Below are positions 29,827 to 40,385 of a DNA stretch of 62,477 nucleotides, one piece after another. The number at the start of each line of letters is the position of its first letter. Position 1 is the stretch's first letter. The notes beneath the pieces were generated by a model. It saw only the letters and a list, made by a program, of their open reading frames with translations. It had not been told where the DNA came from and searched no databases. The stretch covers positions 1-62,477 of the IMG/VR virus record IMGVR_UViG_3300025286_000008. One strand, written 5' to 3'. Origin of the DNA: a virus (taxonomy: Duplodnaviria; Caudoviricetes). The position numbers were made by a program, and so were the translations under genes.

Positions 29827-30732
29827 TTACGTAGTTTCAGAAACTGAAGGTTTCTTGCTTGTCCGTCTTTTTCTTTTCTGCTTAGGCTTGGGCTCTTCTT
29901 TTACTTCGGTAGCAAAGGAAGCTTCATCGACAGGGTTGCCGTCGTCGTCTAAGAACGGAGAGGCTTCAACATTAAACTCGCCGCTATCCGTTAATTCCCG
30001 ACCTTCCGAATCTACAAAAACCGATTCAGTGTCAGACACCCACTTAATAAAGTTGCCATACTCATCAATATGCCGCCCCTTGTCATCCGTCAGGCGACCA
30101 CTTTTGTCCACAAGTTGATAGCTGTCATTGACAAAATTAAACTTGCGGAGGAACTGGTTCTCAGGAAGCCTGGAGTCTACATCTTCGGTATCAGATATCA
30201 GATGAAAAAACTCGCTTGCTCCCACCAGAGATACCTCGCTGTCCTGGTTCAGCAAATAGTCGTTCATACCACCAGGAAAATAAGGTTCTCCTGTCTCATC
30301 ATACACCAAACAACTAGCAAAAAGATAGTTAAAGCGGGCAGCATCGGCCTTGCCCTCACAGGAGTTGCTATCTAGCTCAGTTCTAGAGGAAAGCAGTTCT
30401 ACCATCTCATTCCTAGATTTAATCATTTTAAGGGCAATGTCCTTGCCTTGCGACAACTTAATGCCACCCTTAGCCAGGGAGTATTCCATGTCAATAATAT
30501 CCCTACGAAGCTCTTGATATCTAGCTTCTCGGTCATCGCTCCATAGTTTTCTCTTGCGTAGCTCTCCTTCAAGCTGATCTCGCAATAATGATCCAGCCTC
30601 TAATTCTTCGTTGAACGTCTTGCGACGAATCTCGTTAGCCTTAACCAGTTCGCCCATATTGGGACGACGTACAGCGTAAAGATCGCCACCTACTTCAAAA
30701 GTTCTCTTATCAGCTACCTTCTTCTTAGACAT
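29827..30732 (-). CDS. Putative tail assembly chaperone
   Basis: Position immediately before the tape measure; charged, helical. Confidence 0.55.
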   Translation of the reverse strand: MSKKKVADKRTFEVGGDLYAVRRPNMGELVKANEIRRKTFNEELEAGSLLRDQLEGELRKRKLWSDDREARYQELRRDIIDMEYSLAKGGIKLSQGKDIALKMIKSRNEMVELLSSRTELDSNSCEGKADAARFNYLFASCLVYDETGEPYFPGGMNDYLLNQDSEVSLVGASEFFHLISDTEDVDSRLPENQFLRKFNFVNDSYQLVDKSGRLTDDKGRHIDEYGNFIKWVSDTESVFVDSEGRELTDSGEFNVEASPFLDDDGNPVDEASFATEVKEEPKPKQKRKRRTSKKPSVSETT

Positions 30733-31051
30733 TACTATCTCCTTCTTCGTCCTTATTGACAGGTTTAAAGTTCATTACGTAACGGTTCCATGATAGCGTA
30801 TATTGAGCTATCTCACTCTGTGCAGCCCTTAAATTAGAATTTCCTGCATCTAAAATTCGCGTTCTTGCCTCTTGCCAGAGATTGCGAAATTCTTTTTGAG
30901 AGTCTGTAAGCTCCCTAAAAGGCAACCCATGACCCCACAGATAACCGAACTCGCCTTCAAATACTGCTAGCGATCCGATTATAGTTGTGTCAAACTTCTT
31001 CTTAATATTGTTTAATAGTCTCTTCTTGGATATGTCATTATAATTAGACAT
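30725..31051 (-). CDS. Hypothetical protein
   Basis: 108-aa ORF coupled to both neighbours. Confidence 0.65.
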   Translation of the reverse strand: MSNYNDISKKRLLNNIKKKFDTTIIGSLAVFEGEFGYLWGHGLPFRELTDSQKEFRNLWQEARTRILDAGNSNLRAAQSEIAQYTLSWNRYVMNFKPVNKDEEGDSNV

Positions 31052-31052
31052 C

Positions 31053-32120
31053 TTACTTCTTTCCTTTCATATTGTCAGCCATTTGCCGCATAGCCTGACG
31101 TTGTAAGTCCAACTTAACATCGGGAAGCTGATGCTCTTCTAGCTTGCCCTGCTCTAGTATAGCCTTTCTCCTTCTATCCATAGTCATTCGTCCGTTAATA
31201 TCATTTAGCTCTTTAATCTTGTCGGCCTCTTCTGGACTGTTGGCGACTACAAACATTTCCCCTCCCTGTCCTGCCCCAACACCCTTAGTGCCCAGTAGGT
31301 CTTCAGCCTCTTTTTGCGACCTTGCCTTGTCAGACTCTCTACGGCATTTAGCTATCCACCCGTCTAACATTAGGTCGTCTTCAATAACCTCTTCAGAGGG
31401 CCGTTCTGGATGCTCATAAGCAGAGTCATACATTCTAGAGTAAAGAATAGCGGTTTTTTGTTCCTCGTTAAAATCTTTAGCGGGTATGCCCAGCATATTC
31501 TCTTTACCTAAGCCCCAGTATGATCTAAATGGTTCGGTGCGAACTATCTCCCTCATATCTTCTGTGCTAACATTTGTTTTATTAATATGTTTACTGAAAG
31601 CCCTCATAACTATGCCATCCGATTCCCAAAAATTATCATAGGTATAAATCGGCTTATCGTCAACTCCCGTAATCCTCAAAGCTATCAAAAAGTCTCTCTT
31701 TAGGTTTTCAGCATGATATTCAAAGGTCATAAACTCCATAGAGTATTGTTTTTCCAACGACCTTAGTATTGCAGCATCAAGCTCTTTGATCCTACGTCGT
31801 ATCTTCTTCTGCTCTTTTTTATTATATAGGGCTTTATACAATAGTATTTTCTGATCTTCTAGATATTTTTGTAGATTCTCAAGCTGTTTCTCATGTTGAG
31901 GAGTCCATGTATTAGACTTAGCTAGGATAACCTTAGCCTGAGAGCGGCTAATAAAATCAGAGTACTTAACCTCTTCTAAAGCCTCGTGATAGAATAAGTC
32001 AGCTAAAGCTCGCTGACTTGAGGTCGGAGGATTAAGCTTATAGAGATGTTTACCTACCTTTAAATAAACAATTCCTGTAAGCAGCCTATCTACAATACTT
32101 TGCTTTTTACCAGCGTCCAT
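31053..32120 (-). CDS. Hypothetical protein (possible chaperone)
   Basis: ATG at 32120 with AAGGA; the upstream in-frame extension lies inside a terminator. Confidence 0.65.
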   Translation of the reverse strand: MDAGKKQSIVDRLLTGIVYLKVGKHLYKLNPPTSSQRALADLFYHEALEEVKYSDFISRSQAKVILAKSNTWTPQHEKQLENLQKYLEDQKILLYKALYNKKEQKKIRRRIKELDAAILRSLEKQYSMEFMTFEYHAENLKRDFLIALRITGVDDKPIYTYDNFWESDGIVMRAFSKHINKTNVSTEDMREIVRTEPFRSYWGLGKENMLGIPAKDFNEEQKTAILYSRMYDSAYEHPERPSEEVIEDDLMLDGWIAKCRRESDKARSQKEAEDLLGTKGVGAGQGGEMFVVANSPEEADKIKELNDINGRMTMDRRRKAILEQGKLEEHQLPDVKLDLQRQAMRQMADNMKGKK

Positions 32121-32140
32121 TATTTTCTCGTTCCTTAGAG

Positions 32141-32172
32141 AAAAAGGGGGGAAGGGATAAACCCCGCCCCCC
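32141..32172 (-). terminator. Intrinsic terminator after the tail tube gene
   Basis: GGGGGGCGGGG-TTTAT-CCCTTCCCCCC followed by TTTTT. Confidence 0.75.
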
Positions 32173-32203
32173 ATTATTTAATCATGATCTTAACTACTAG
32201 GGT

Positions 32204-33352
32204 TTACGTGCCTTGCGTGGCCGCACCCATGTAACCAGATCGAATGCTCCACCACTGTTGACCGCTATCATTGAACGTGTCTCCAGAGTGCAGTACTGTA
32301 AAGTCATTAAACGTGGTATACGAGTGCGTGGTCGTAACGTTTCCACCACCAGCATCTCCACCACCGTAAGTCACTGAAGCCAGCTTGTTTTTCAATCCAA
32401 GATTGATCCGCAAACCTTCGCAGGTCGTGAGCCGAATCGGACGATCCGTGAGGTTGGCAGTCTCGCTACAAGGAGCCACTGCACCACCGCAATCGTCAAT
32501 CGCTGAAATCTGATCACCTGAAATCGAAGTGACTTCAATGTCAGTTGTAACTTCAACGGGGAACGTAACCGTCTTCGCATACGGGCTTCGAGTTCCCAAC
32601 TCAAACAAGTCTTCACGAGCCAAGTCGGTCGAAACTGAAATCGACACAACGTGACACTGACCGGATTTAACTCCACTGTCCGTTACGCCAAAGATGTCTC
32701 CAGGCAGACGAGTGTAGTCGGCGTCGTTGGCCTCGGCCAAGCTAGTCGCAAACTGAATGTTTTGGCGACGAGCAATTCCACCAGAACCGGCGGGGCCGTC
32801 ATCATTATCTGCAAAACTGGGAGAACCAGTCGCTTCGGCCAATGTCCAGGGTGCTGCACAACTTCCAGTGTACTTGTCCCAAACTCTAGTATTACCGGCC
32901 AGGGTAATATCTTCGCTGAAATTGTCTTCCAGGAGGAAATTGTAAGTAACTGAGGAAATCGTCAGTCCCGACATTTCGACATACGTGTCGGGGCTAGCAG
33001 ATACCGCATTATTGGTTTCGGGCCAGATGCCCAACTGCATAATGGTTTCTGCGGGAGCCCGCTCGGACAGCGTCGGACCCGTAAGGATTGCACCGTCTGC
33101 ATCGGAGGCCGCTGCCAGAGTGAATAGTGTTTGGTAGCCATCAAGCAGTTTGCTCAGGCTGACTTCTACATCGGGAATACCTTCGATATTCTCAAAAATA
33201 GCCAACTGACCTAATTCAAAAGCTTGCTCTAGATTAAAAGTAGTCGTCATCGAAACATTTTGCACACCGTGAGCTTCTCTGAACACGGTTGTTCCTGGCT
33301 TACGGAACGCAACCTGCTGGACGGGATAAAAAATTCGATTATTAGCAGCCAT
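32204..33352 (-). CDS. Major tail tube protein
   Basis: Position; AFELGQL and REDLFELG..PY..FPVEV tube-like motifs; AGGAG RBS; has its own terminator. Confidence 0.7.
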   Translation of the reverse strand: MAANNRIFYPVQQVAFRKPGTTVFREAHGVQNVSMTTTFNLEQAFELGQLAIFENIEGIPDVEVSLSKLLDGYQTLFTLAAASDADGAILTGPTLSERAPAETIMQLGIWPETNNAVSASPDTYVEMSGLTISSVTYNFLLEDNFSEDITLAGNTRVWDKYTGSCAAPWTLAEATGSPSFADNDDGPAGSGGIARRQNIQFATSLAEANDADYTRLPGDIFGVTDSGVKSGQCHVVSISVSTDLAREDLFELGTRSPYAKTVTFPVEVTTDIEVTSISGDQISAIDDCGGAVAPCSETANLTDRPIRLTTCEGLRINLGLKNKLASVTYGGGDAGGGNVTTTHSYTTFNDFTVLHSGDTFNDSGQQWWSIRSGYMGAATQGT

Positions 33353-33384
33353 TTAGTCTTCTCCTACATTGAAAATGTATAACG

Positions 33385-33401
33385 TCAGTGTTAAATACAC
33401 C
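33385..33401 (-). promoter_or_regulatory. Candidate late promoter GGTGTATTTAACA
   Basis: Intergenic; 16/17 identical to 43236-43252. Confidence 0.6.
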
Positions 33402-33413
33402 ATTTATTGTAAA

Positions 33414-34370
33414 TTAAGCAATTATGATCTCAAAAGTAGCTCTTACAATACCCTCGTGTAAACGGCTATTATAAGAGTGCATCTCAGTAACGACCATATT
33501 AAAAAAGCGGGCCTTATTATATTGATAATCTCTTACCAAGTCTGGATACATCGTGGGGGAAGAAACCCTCATGCCCCGATGATCTAGGCTAAATACCCCA
33601 CTATCTAACATAGTATTATTATCGTAAAGTAAAATAGTTCTATCTTTTTGGAGAGAAATGATGTCGATTAGCTGATTTCTCCACCATCTAGATTCAGCTA
33701 GAATATGGAACAGTACGTCTTGATAAACAAACTGTCCAACACTGCCCATCTGGTAGGGCTTAAACTGTCTACGTGGAACCGCCTCAACCACCACTGCTGG
33801 CATTTGCACCCTATGATTAGACAGGATTTGCCAGTTGCCAGAACCAATATCGTGAAAAGTAGAGTCGTCTACACGATAAGAATTATATTGAAGCTCATCC
33901 CACCAGGGGGCTTGATCCGCAACATAGGTCTGCACATTACGAAAGCTATGCTCCATCTGTACCGTGCTCGTTGTCGCAATGCCAGTGGCAAAAATAACTC
34001 GCCCTAAAGGATAGTTATAATGATGCCCGTATGTAACATCGCCAGTTCCGTATAAAGTACCGCCAACATAGACCCCAGAAATATCAATGGGCTGAGAACC
34101 TGTGTTCTCTATGCCGGTTTCCCACACGAGGTCTTTTCGTGCGGTTTCCCATACCTGACCATCGCTATAAGAGGGGTCATCCACGGCCCTTAGCCGATCA
34201 AATGTTCCACCAAACGCTCCTGAAGTTGGAATCTCAATATTGCTAAAGCCACCAACTCCTAGCAAGCTCCAGTCAAGATAGGTCTTTAGATTGGATTCTA
34301 ACTGAGAAGTTAATAGGGTTTCGCCTATATTGTCAACGTTGTTCAAGGATGTGTAGTCTTGTCCAGCCAT
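33414..34370 (-). CDS. Tail terminator / neck-like protein
   Basis: Upstream of the tube gene; QMPAVVVE motif. Confidence 0.5.
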   Translation of the reverse strand: MAGQDYTSLNNVDNIGETLLTSQLESNLKTYLDWSLLGVGGFSNIEIPTSGAFGGTFDRLRAVDDPSYSDGQVWETARKDLVWETGIENTGSQPIDISGVYVGGTLYGTGDVTYGHHYNYPLGRVIFATGIATTSTVQMEHSFRNVQTYVADQAPWWDELQYNSYRVDDSTFHDIGSGNWQILSNHRVQMPAVVVEAVPRRQFKPYQMGSVGQFVYQDVLFHILAESRWWRNQLIDIISLQKDRTILLYDNNTMLDSGVFSLDHRGMRVSSPTMYPDLVRDYQYNKARFFNMVVTEMHSYNSRLHEGIVRATFEIIIA

Positions 34371-35014
34371 TATTTCAATCCCACTGTTATCTCTTGCCTT
34401 ACTATATTATTTATTTCTTCATCAATGCTTTGCAAAGAACGAAGAACAAAATTGTCTCCTGCGGTTCCTGAGAACTCGGAAGGGACTGTCCAAGCGTTGC
34501 CTTGCCGTGAAACCATAATACCCAGTCCGGTTCTGCTTCCCCTCGTAGTCGTAGATGTAAAATCATAATCTCTTACAATGGCGTTAGTGCCTTCTAGTAA
34601 AAGCCATCGAAGCCAATCAAGTACCCCTGAACCTCTTCTAGAAGAATAGGAGAATGAAGCTTCTGGCAACGTTAGTACATCACTATAGTCTGAATCAATT
34701 ATGCCAATGGTCAGGTTTCCAAACTGACCGCCACTACTATTGTACGCAACTGCAATATTTTCAATCCACTCGTTAATCACCGCATCTATTGCTGACGGGT
34801 CTGGCAATCCAAACTCGGCTCTTAAAGTTCCAGCCAGCAAAGACTCATATTCTCTCGACTCTCTTATTGCTGCCCCAACTACAAGTCCTAGCCTCCTTGT
34901 TATATTGGTTACAACCGTACCAATACCTCTTTTAACTATCTGGCGTACTTCAGCTTGTACGTTCTTATTAAAAGAGGCGGAAAACCCAGGAAGTTCAATT
35001 GAAACTTCTGCCAT
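34370..35014 (-). CDS. Neck / tail completion-like protein
   Basis: ATG at 35014 with GAGG RBS; WLRWLLLEG motif; position. Confidence 0.5.
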   Translation of the reverse strand: MAEVSIELPGFSASFNKNVQAEVRQIVKRGIGTVVTNITRRLGLVVGAAIRESREYESLLAGTLRAEFGLPDPSAIDAVINEWIENIAVAYNSSGGQFGNLTIGIIDSDYSDVLTLPEASFSYSSRRGSGVLDWLRWLLLEGTNAIVRDYDFTSTTTRGSRTGLGIMVSRQGNAWTVPSEFSGTAGDNFVLRSLQSIDEEINNIVRQEITVGLK

Positions 35015-35541
35015 TAGGCCGACCTCTTCCACATACATACAATGAACTGATCCGCCGACAAACCACATGGCTGTGGTTCACTCATACGCTCATATCTATG
35101 AGTACCAAATCCAGCAATGTCTGTTGCCACTATTAATTCTTTAGCCCTTTTCAACTGTGGGGTACGATCTGCAAATGTTAAAGTTTGAATATCTCCGTCT
35201 GGAGTGTTGACCGTACCAACATTAAAAAATTCTTTTTGCTCCCAAATAACCATCAAGTTCATATCCTCAGTGGACTCAACGGGTTTCTTGCCCGCACCAT
35301 TACACATGGGACATATACTCCCAAAGGGAAATGGAATGTGGCCTCCGTCCTGAAAACGATTGGCCGACTTCCTCCCTATGGGATCATAAACGCAGTTAAC
35401 GCAATCGTCATATTTGGTAACGCCATAATACAGTGTGCATGGGATGGTGCAACCATCATCATACATCATAGCTGAGATAGCGTTCTCAAAGACGTTCTTT
35501 ATCTGCGGCGATATAATACCTGAGAATATATTATCGGGCAT
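35014..35541 (-). CDS. Head closure-like protein with Zn finger
   Basis: CVNC...CPMC; position in the head-tail joining module. Confidence 0.5.
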   Translation of the reverse strand: MPDNIFSGIISPQIKNVFENAISAMMYDDGCTIPCTLYYGVTKYDDCVNCVYDPIGRKSANRFQDGGHIPFPFGSICPMCNGAGKKPVESTEDMNLMVIWEQKEFFNVGTVNTPDGDIQTLTFADRTPQLKRAKELIVATDIAGFGTHRYERMSEPQPCGLSADQFIVCMWKRSA

Positions 35542-35553
35542 TGGTAAACCTTA

Positions 35554-35763
35554 TTACGTCGTATAGTAATTGATATCATCAAAGCGACCGCTGATACTAT
35601 CGTTCAGTGCTCCCGAACCGATACCACCAGAACCAGCAACAGAATAGGTATCTATCTTGTAGTTGGCCGTACCCCAAGCACCAGCTAGCGGAGCTTGTAC
35701 ATTTACTGTCCCATGACGATTATCGTTTGAGCCTGGGCCTTTTGGTTGAAAAAAAACATCCAT
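35554..35763 (-). CDS. Small hypothetical virion protein
   Basis: 69 aa, GGAG RBS, Gly/Ser-rich. Confidence 0.55.
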   Translation of the reverse strand: MDVFFQPKGPGSNDNRHGTVNVQAPLAGAWGTANYKIDTYSVAGSGGIGSGALNDSISGRFDDINYYTT

Positions 35764-35790
35764 TATATTATCTCCGATTTAAAAAACTGA

Positions 35791-36333
35791 TTAACGCCCA
35801 CGGTGTGGATTGTTGCCATCTATAAACCCGTTGCCGCCGTTATTACGACTGGGATCAAAGTCATTAGAGGCAAAGGGAGACATTACCGCACGGATAATGC
35901 GTGACCCCTCATAACTAAAGTTGTATTCTTGCTTCAAGTCTTCATAAGATTTACACGGTCCAGCAGTTAATAATTCTTTTAAGAACTCCCCATACTTATT
36001 TGTCTCAATCACAGCAGGACCACATCGGGCCTTAACACCCTGCATCAATGCGGTAGTACGGAAGTTGCCTTCGTCTGCTAAACATGCCGCACGTAAAACC
36101 ATAAAGTTAATAAATTCCACTCCGTCGGTCTGGCTAATAGGGTCGGGGGAAATAGTGTTTAGTTCTACATCAACAGTATAAGTAGTGTCAAAGTTCAAAT
36201 CAATGGGCAAGAAATATGCTGCGGTAATCAAAAGGTCTTGCAGCCTTCTGGTCGTGTAAGTCGGAGTAGCACACCCTGCATCATTTAGCATGGTGCGTAA
36301 CATCGTTAAACTGGTTTGTTGCCAAGTTGCCAT
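35791..36333 (-). CDS. Head-tail adaptor-like protein
   Basis: LRTMLND..YT..RL N-terminal pattern of adaptors; position. Confidence 0.55.
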   Translation of the reverse strand: MATWQQTSLTMLRTMLNDAGCATPTYTTRRLQDLLITAAYFLPIDLNFDTTYTVDVELNTISPDPISQTDGVEFINFMVLRAACLADEGNFRTTALMQGVKARCGPAVIETNKYGEFLKELLTAGPCKSYEDLKQEYNFSYEGSRIIRAVMSPFASNDFDPSRNNGGNGFIDGNNPHRGR

Positions 36334-36336
36334 AAT

Positions 36337-36663
36337 TTACCTATCCGATACAAAGAGTAAACCGTCGCCTTCTAAAATTTGACCATCGGTGGTAGTGACT
36401 TGCACTTCCATGCGATACTTATTTCCAGTAGTACCACCCTCTATCCAGAAGGTTGCCTTACTATTAGTCTTAGTCCCATCTTCTAAGCCGGTCATAGTAA
36501 TAGTCAGGTCGGAAGTTGACCCGTCTATTTTTTCTGATGTAATAGAATCTAAAACGCTAATTTCTTCTGTAGCACTAACCGTCAAGAGGTTGGCAAACTC
36601 CATGCCAAACTTTCTCTTCTCTGCCGGTTGCTTACACAGTTCTTCATTTGCTGTAACAGCCAT
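36337..36663 (-). CDS. Fibre-adaptor-like protein
   Basis: KQPAEKRKFGMEF...WIEGG..G.KY...VTT..G..LE pattern of small phage fibre adaptors. Confidence 0.6.
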   Translation of the reverse strand: MAVTANEELCKQPAEKRKFGMEFANLLTVSATEEISVLDSITSEKIDGSTSDLTITMTGLEDGTKTNSKATFWIEGGTTGNKYRMEVQVTTTDGQILEGDGLLFVSDR

Positions 36664-36683
36664 ATTTATTCCCTACTCTAGTA

Positions 36684-37358
36684 TTATTTTCTAGCGAATA
36701 TGTAATCGCCTCGCCAGTGCTTCTTGCCTACCGGCCTACCTAGTCCGCAAGCCTCTTTTTCCTCAAAGCCCATTTCGTCAAGAAGTTCTCTACACTTCTC
36801 CATATAGCCAGTGGGATTTTTAGGATCATCACACAACTCTATGTTCATGCACGACACACGCTTCATAAACTCAGTAGCCCCTAGTAACATATCGTACTCT
36901 GCAAACTCTATATCTGCCCAAAGCACAACATTATCTATCTCTGGATGATCTTCCAAAAATGAATCCAAAGTTATTGCATCTACTTCATAACCAGCCGTTG
37001 GATCATGCGGGCAATCATGCCAGCAGTCTCTCAAAAACATATGATTGATTTCACTAGCCACCGTAGTTAATTCTAACTTACAGTTTTTGGAATAAATCGC
37101 CTGGGGATAAAGCTCGCCAGGAAATCCATTCTGCCTCTGAAAATTAAACGCAACAGTAGAAGGTTCAAATCCAATAATTTTTACATCAGGAAATTCTTTA
37201 TGGAAATGTTGACCTTCTCCACCATTCGCAGGGCCAAGAACAAAAAAATACTCCGTAGTCTTAGGAACATATTTAAATATTCTTTCCGCTTGCTTAGGCA
37301 TGTACCAGCCAAATTTACCACCAGCCATTAGCATTCTTTCTTTTCTTTTACTAACCAT
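36684..37358 (-). CDS. FkbM-family methyltransferase
   Basis: LGPANG (motif I variant), IIGFEP, ITLDSF, WADIEFAE. Confidence 0.8.
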   Translation of the reverse strand: MVSKRKERMLMAGGKFGWYMPKQAERIFKYVPKTTEYFFVLGPANGGEGQHFHKEFPDVKIIGFEPSTVAFNFQRQNGFPGELYPQAIYSKNCKLELTTVASEINHMFLRDCWHDCPHDPTAGYEVDAITLDSFLEDHPEIDNVVLWADIEFAEYDMLLGATEFMKRVSCMNIELCDDPKNPTGYMEKCRELLDEMGFEEKEACGLGRPVGKKHWRGDYIFARK

Positions 37359-37361
37359 TGT

Positions 37362-38051
37362 TTAACGCTCAGGCAAAGTCCAAGCGTTACCTCTTGACTC
37401 TAACGTCCAACCATCACTACCCCTCGCCTCTACTAGCCACGATACTTCCCTTCGGTCCATAACCCAAAGGACTTCATCGCACTCCATCACCCACAACACT
37501 CCGCGACCGTCAAGCTCCCAAACTTCTTCAAGCCTGATAATCTCAATCGGAATATTTTTACTTCCGAAGGTTCCACCAGCCCCGCCGTGACTTTCAATCG
37601 GAATATCTTTCCGAAGGGCCGCCAAAGCAAGCAAAGCTTCAACGGAAATATTCTTATTTAAACTACCTAAAATAAGTGAGTGGTCAACAGGCAGATTATT
37701 GTTTACTGAGGCATCTCTTAAATGCTCAACATTAATATCATCCTGGCCTCTTAACCCCTCTAGTATTTCAATAGCCGTTTGTTCTGTAAAGCCGTCCAAC
37801 TGAAGATACTGATCAATAGGAATGTTGTTCCCTATGCTCGCTACCTTCAAATGCTCCATTCCGATATTTCTTTGAAGATTTAACGTAGCTAAATTTTCAA
37901 CCGGAATATTATGTACAATACTTAAAAAGGTTAGTCCTGCATCCGTGTAGTACCAACCGTAAGTCGAAACTGGCGTTAAATTATCAGTTAAAGTTGGATC
38001 GGTAAACCAACCATGAGTCGAAACTGAGGTTAGGTCTGTACCGATTGCCAT
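37362..38051 (-). CDS. Repeat-containing fibre-like protein
   Basis: About 14-aa N-I-P-I-E-x-L repeats and C-terminal Trp repeats. Confidence 0.6.
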   Translation of the reverse strand: MAIGTDLTSVSTHGWFTDPTLTDNLTPVSTYGWYYTDAGLTFLSIVHNIPVENLATLNLQRNIGMEHLKVASIGNNIPIDQYLQLDGFTEQTAIEILEGLRGQDDINVEHLRDASVNNNLPVDHSLILGSLNKNISVEALLALAALRKDIPIESHGGAGGTFGSKNIPIEIIRLEEVWELDGRGVLWVMECDEVLWVMDRREVSWLVEARGSDGWTLESRGNAWTLPER

Positions 38052-38725
38052 TACGATCTATTTCTCTCATTGCCAGCTTTGGTTAAAGTATAAAGTATGT
38101 CTGTGTTGTTTTGTTCGTAGAAGTCAAATACACCCGTTGCAGATTCAACAATTCTACCGTTTGCCATCGCCAGTAGTATCTCCATGATTCCACTAAAGGC
38201 AACTCCGTCGTAAGTTGTACTGTTTAGCTGATTAACCACACCTGTAGGTAAAGTAGTCTGAAGCGTAACTGTTTGATTGTCAATGTCTCCGGTGGTCGCA
38301 ATGCCCGCAGTAATTAAGTCGTTAATGTTAACTGATACTTTATCCACTAGGTTAGAAAATTTCGACTGAGCTAATTTAGTTCCTTCTCTAGTAGAGAATG
38401 GTGTGGCAAAATCGTCGGAAAAAATATTTCCGTCAAACACCACATTGTCTGAAATTTCTATCTGCCAACTATTAATTGTAAAAAACGTAGAACCCAGGAA
38501 GTCTCCACCTTGCGTTGGATCACCACCCACTGTCCTCATGCATGCATCAAACTTTAAATGATCTCTTTCCTTTACCCACTCTTTCCAATCTGAGTAAACA
38601 TTCTGTTCAATATCAATGCCAGACTCTCCAGCATTAACGATAACTAGCTTATTAATGCCATCAAATGTAACCTTGTGGAATAAAACCCATAGGTCTTGAT
38701 TCATAGGCCAGCTATGATGAAACAT
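38051..38725 (-). CDS. Virion structural protein (YSDWKEW family)
   Basis: VTFDG..K...VYSDWKEW..VGGDP motif. Confidence 0.55.
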   Translation of the reverse strand: MFHHSWPMNQDLWVLFHKVTFDGINKLVIVNAGESGIDIEQNVYSDWKEWVKERDHLKFDACMRTVGGDPTQGGDFLGSTFFTINSWQIEISDNVVFDGNIFSDDFATPFSTREGTKLAQSKFSNLVDKVSVNINDLITAGIATTGDIDNQTVTLQTTLPTGVVNQLNSTTYDGVAFSGIMEILLAMANGRIVESATGVFDFYEQNNTDILYTLTKAGNERNRS

Positions 38726-38726
38726 T

Positions 38727-40364
38727 CTAAACCCACATCTCTTTCCAGGTGGCAGTCATTACTAACTGACCCGTATGGGAAGCATCCACGGACTCTGCTG
38801 TAATAGAAATCGGTGCTTGTGTAACACCGTCTGCTAAAAGCACCACTCCGATAGTGTCTTGAAAAATTTCCTTATCTTGAACAAAGCTATGCTTCAAGGT
38901 TTCTGTATTGCCTGCTAAATCAGACCATCTCAGCAGCCCAAAATTACTACCGACCGTAATTCCGCTAGCGGCTTCGTCCCATTCAGACGATGATCTATCA
39001 GCAACGCTTGTAAAAGATGCACCATCAAGCACTCCAGCGTATCTAACTCTTAGAATTACTGGGCCTGTACCAACATTAGCCGCCGATATCTCGGAGAGTA
39101 CAGTAGTCGTTCTATTGGTGAGGCCAAGGACACCCGTAGCTGCCTGAAAAGACATAATGGGTATTTCGCCAGAAGCTTGCGTCACGGTTTTAACCTGTGA
39201 GCTTTGAACGCTCTGAGTAACAGCCTGTCGCTTAGGCGTTCCAATGTGTTGTATAATAGCTCCGTTGCTAATCAACTCGCTAGAAGATGCCGCAGTGCTA
39301 GTATTTTCACATTCAAAGCGTAGTGGCAGTGTGGCCTTTTGGGTTGCTACAGCGGAAAGAGTGTTAGAATTTTCAAAACAGTGTGCCAGGGTACGCAGAC
39401 CATCTTCTTCGTGAACTCCAAACCTGACAACGCCAGCACCCAAATCTGCATAATCAATAAAGTACATATTGTTCTTTGTAAGGTCTAAGTTCATTCGCTC
39501 GGAGCCGTCGAGATCATCGTGACTCCACGAGCCCTGTACCACCCTAGTATCTAGACCTCCAGAACCAGCCGCACTACTTCTCTGCACAACATACAGAGTA
39601 GTATCGTCTAGCTCCCAAAACCATCCGTCGTTTGCATCAAATACTCCCCATCGTCGTCTTACATTTGATTTACCCGCATCTCCTACTCTAACGCCAAGAG
39701 TAGCACGATTCATAGTTCCTGGCTGTTGAGGATGATAATAATGAGAGGTTCTACGTATAAACGAACCAGCATCGGTAGCTGATGTGTCAAGTGTAACCGA
39801 CCTTGAGTCGCTACCGTAAGATACTACGCCGCTAACGCCGCTTTCAGTCCAAAACTCCCCTGCGGTTTCATCGTATGGGTAGACATATTGGCGTATAGAA
39901 TGTACTTCTTCTGAAACCTGACCACCAAAAGAACTGATCGCTGGTGGGCCATCAGGGAATTCTACCGTGCCAGCACCATCAGAGTTGATACACCAGCTTC
40001 TACTAGGATAGTCTCTATCAACGACAGTGTGTTTTTGATAATACAGAGACTCTGTGGTCGTGCCCGCCTTGAAAACACCAAAAGTAACAGCACTTACATT
40101 TAGATTTTCACTTACTTGAAATGTACCGACTAGACTTTCTAGCTCTAGAAATAATTGACCTTCGCCAGCAGCAAAGCCTTCAGTGAATTTACCAACCACT
40201 AATGCGGTAGCAGAGCTTGTACCCCCCACTACTGTTTGCCCAGGCTCAAAAAGATTGGGGGCTGTTTCGCCCGTAAACTCTATAATAAGCCGAGAAGCAG
40301 AACCAGATTTCTTACCTGTACTGTCGGGTGGTAGTTGAACGTATCCGCGTTCTAAATTAGACAT
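38727..40364 (-). CDS. Virion structural protein, lectin-like beta-sandwich
   Basis: QLPPDSTGKK start; QPG...RWGVFD..DG.FWE motifs. Confidence 0.55.
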   Translation of the reverse strand: MSNLERGYVQLPPDSTGKKSGSASRLIIEFTGETAPNLFEPGQTVVGGTSSATALVVGKFTEGFAAGEGQLFLELESLVGTFQVSENLNVSAVTFGVFKAGTTTESLYYQKHTVVDRDYPSRSWCINSDGAGTVEFPDGPPAISSFGGQVSEEVHSIRQYVYPYDETAGEFWTESGVSGVVSYGSDSRSVTLDTSATDAGSFIRRTSHYYHPQQPGTMNRATLGVRVGDAGKSNVRRRWGVFDANDGWFWELDDTTLYVVQRSSAAGSGGLDTRVVQGSWSHDDLDGSERMNLDLTKNNMYFIDYADLGAGVVRFGVHEEDGLRTLAHCFENSNTLSAVATQKATLPLRFECENTSTAASSSELISNGAIIQHIGTPKRQAVTQSVQSSQVKTVTQASGEIPIMSFQAATGVLGLTNRTTTVLSEISAANVGTGPVILRVRYAGVLDGASFTSVADRSSSEWDEAASGITVGSNFGLLRWSDLAGNTETLKHSFVQDKEIFQDTIGVVLLADGVTQAPISITAESVDASHTGQLVMTATWKEMWV

Positions 40365-40385
40365 ATTCTCTTCCTTCTGTTGCGT

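Noticed and set aside
29754-32120. Programmed frameshift in the tail chaperone genes
   Set aside because: No convincing slippery heptamer at the ORF ends; each ORF has its own start.
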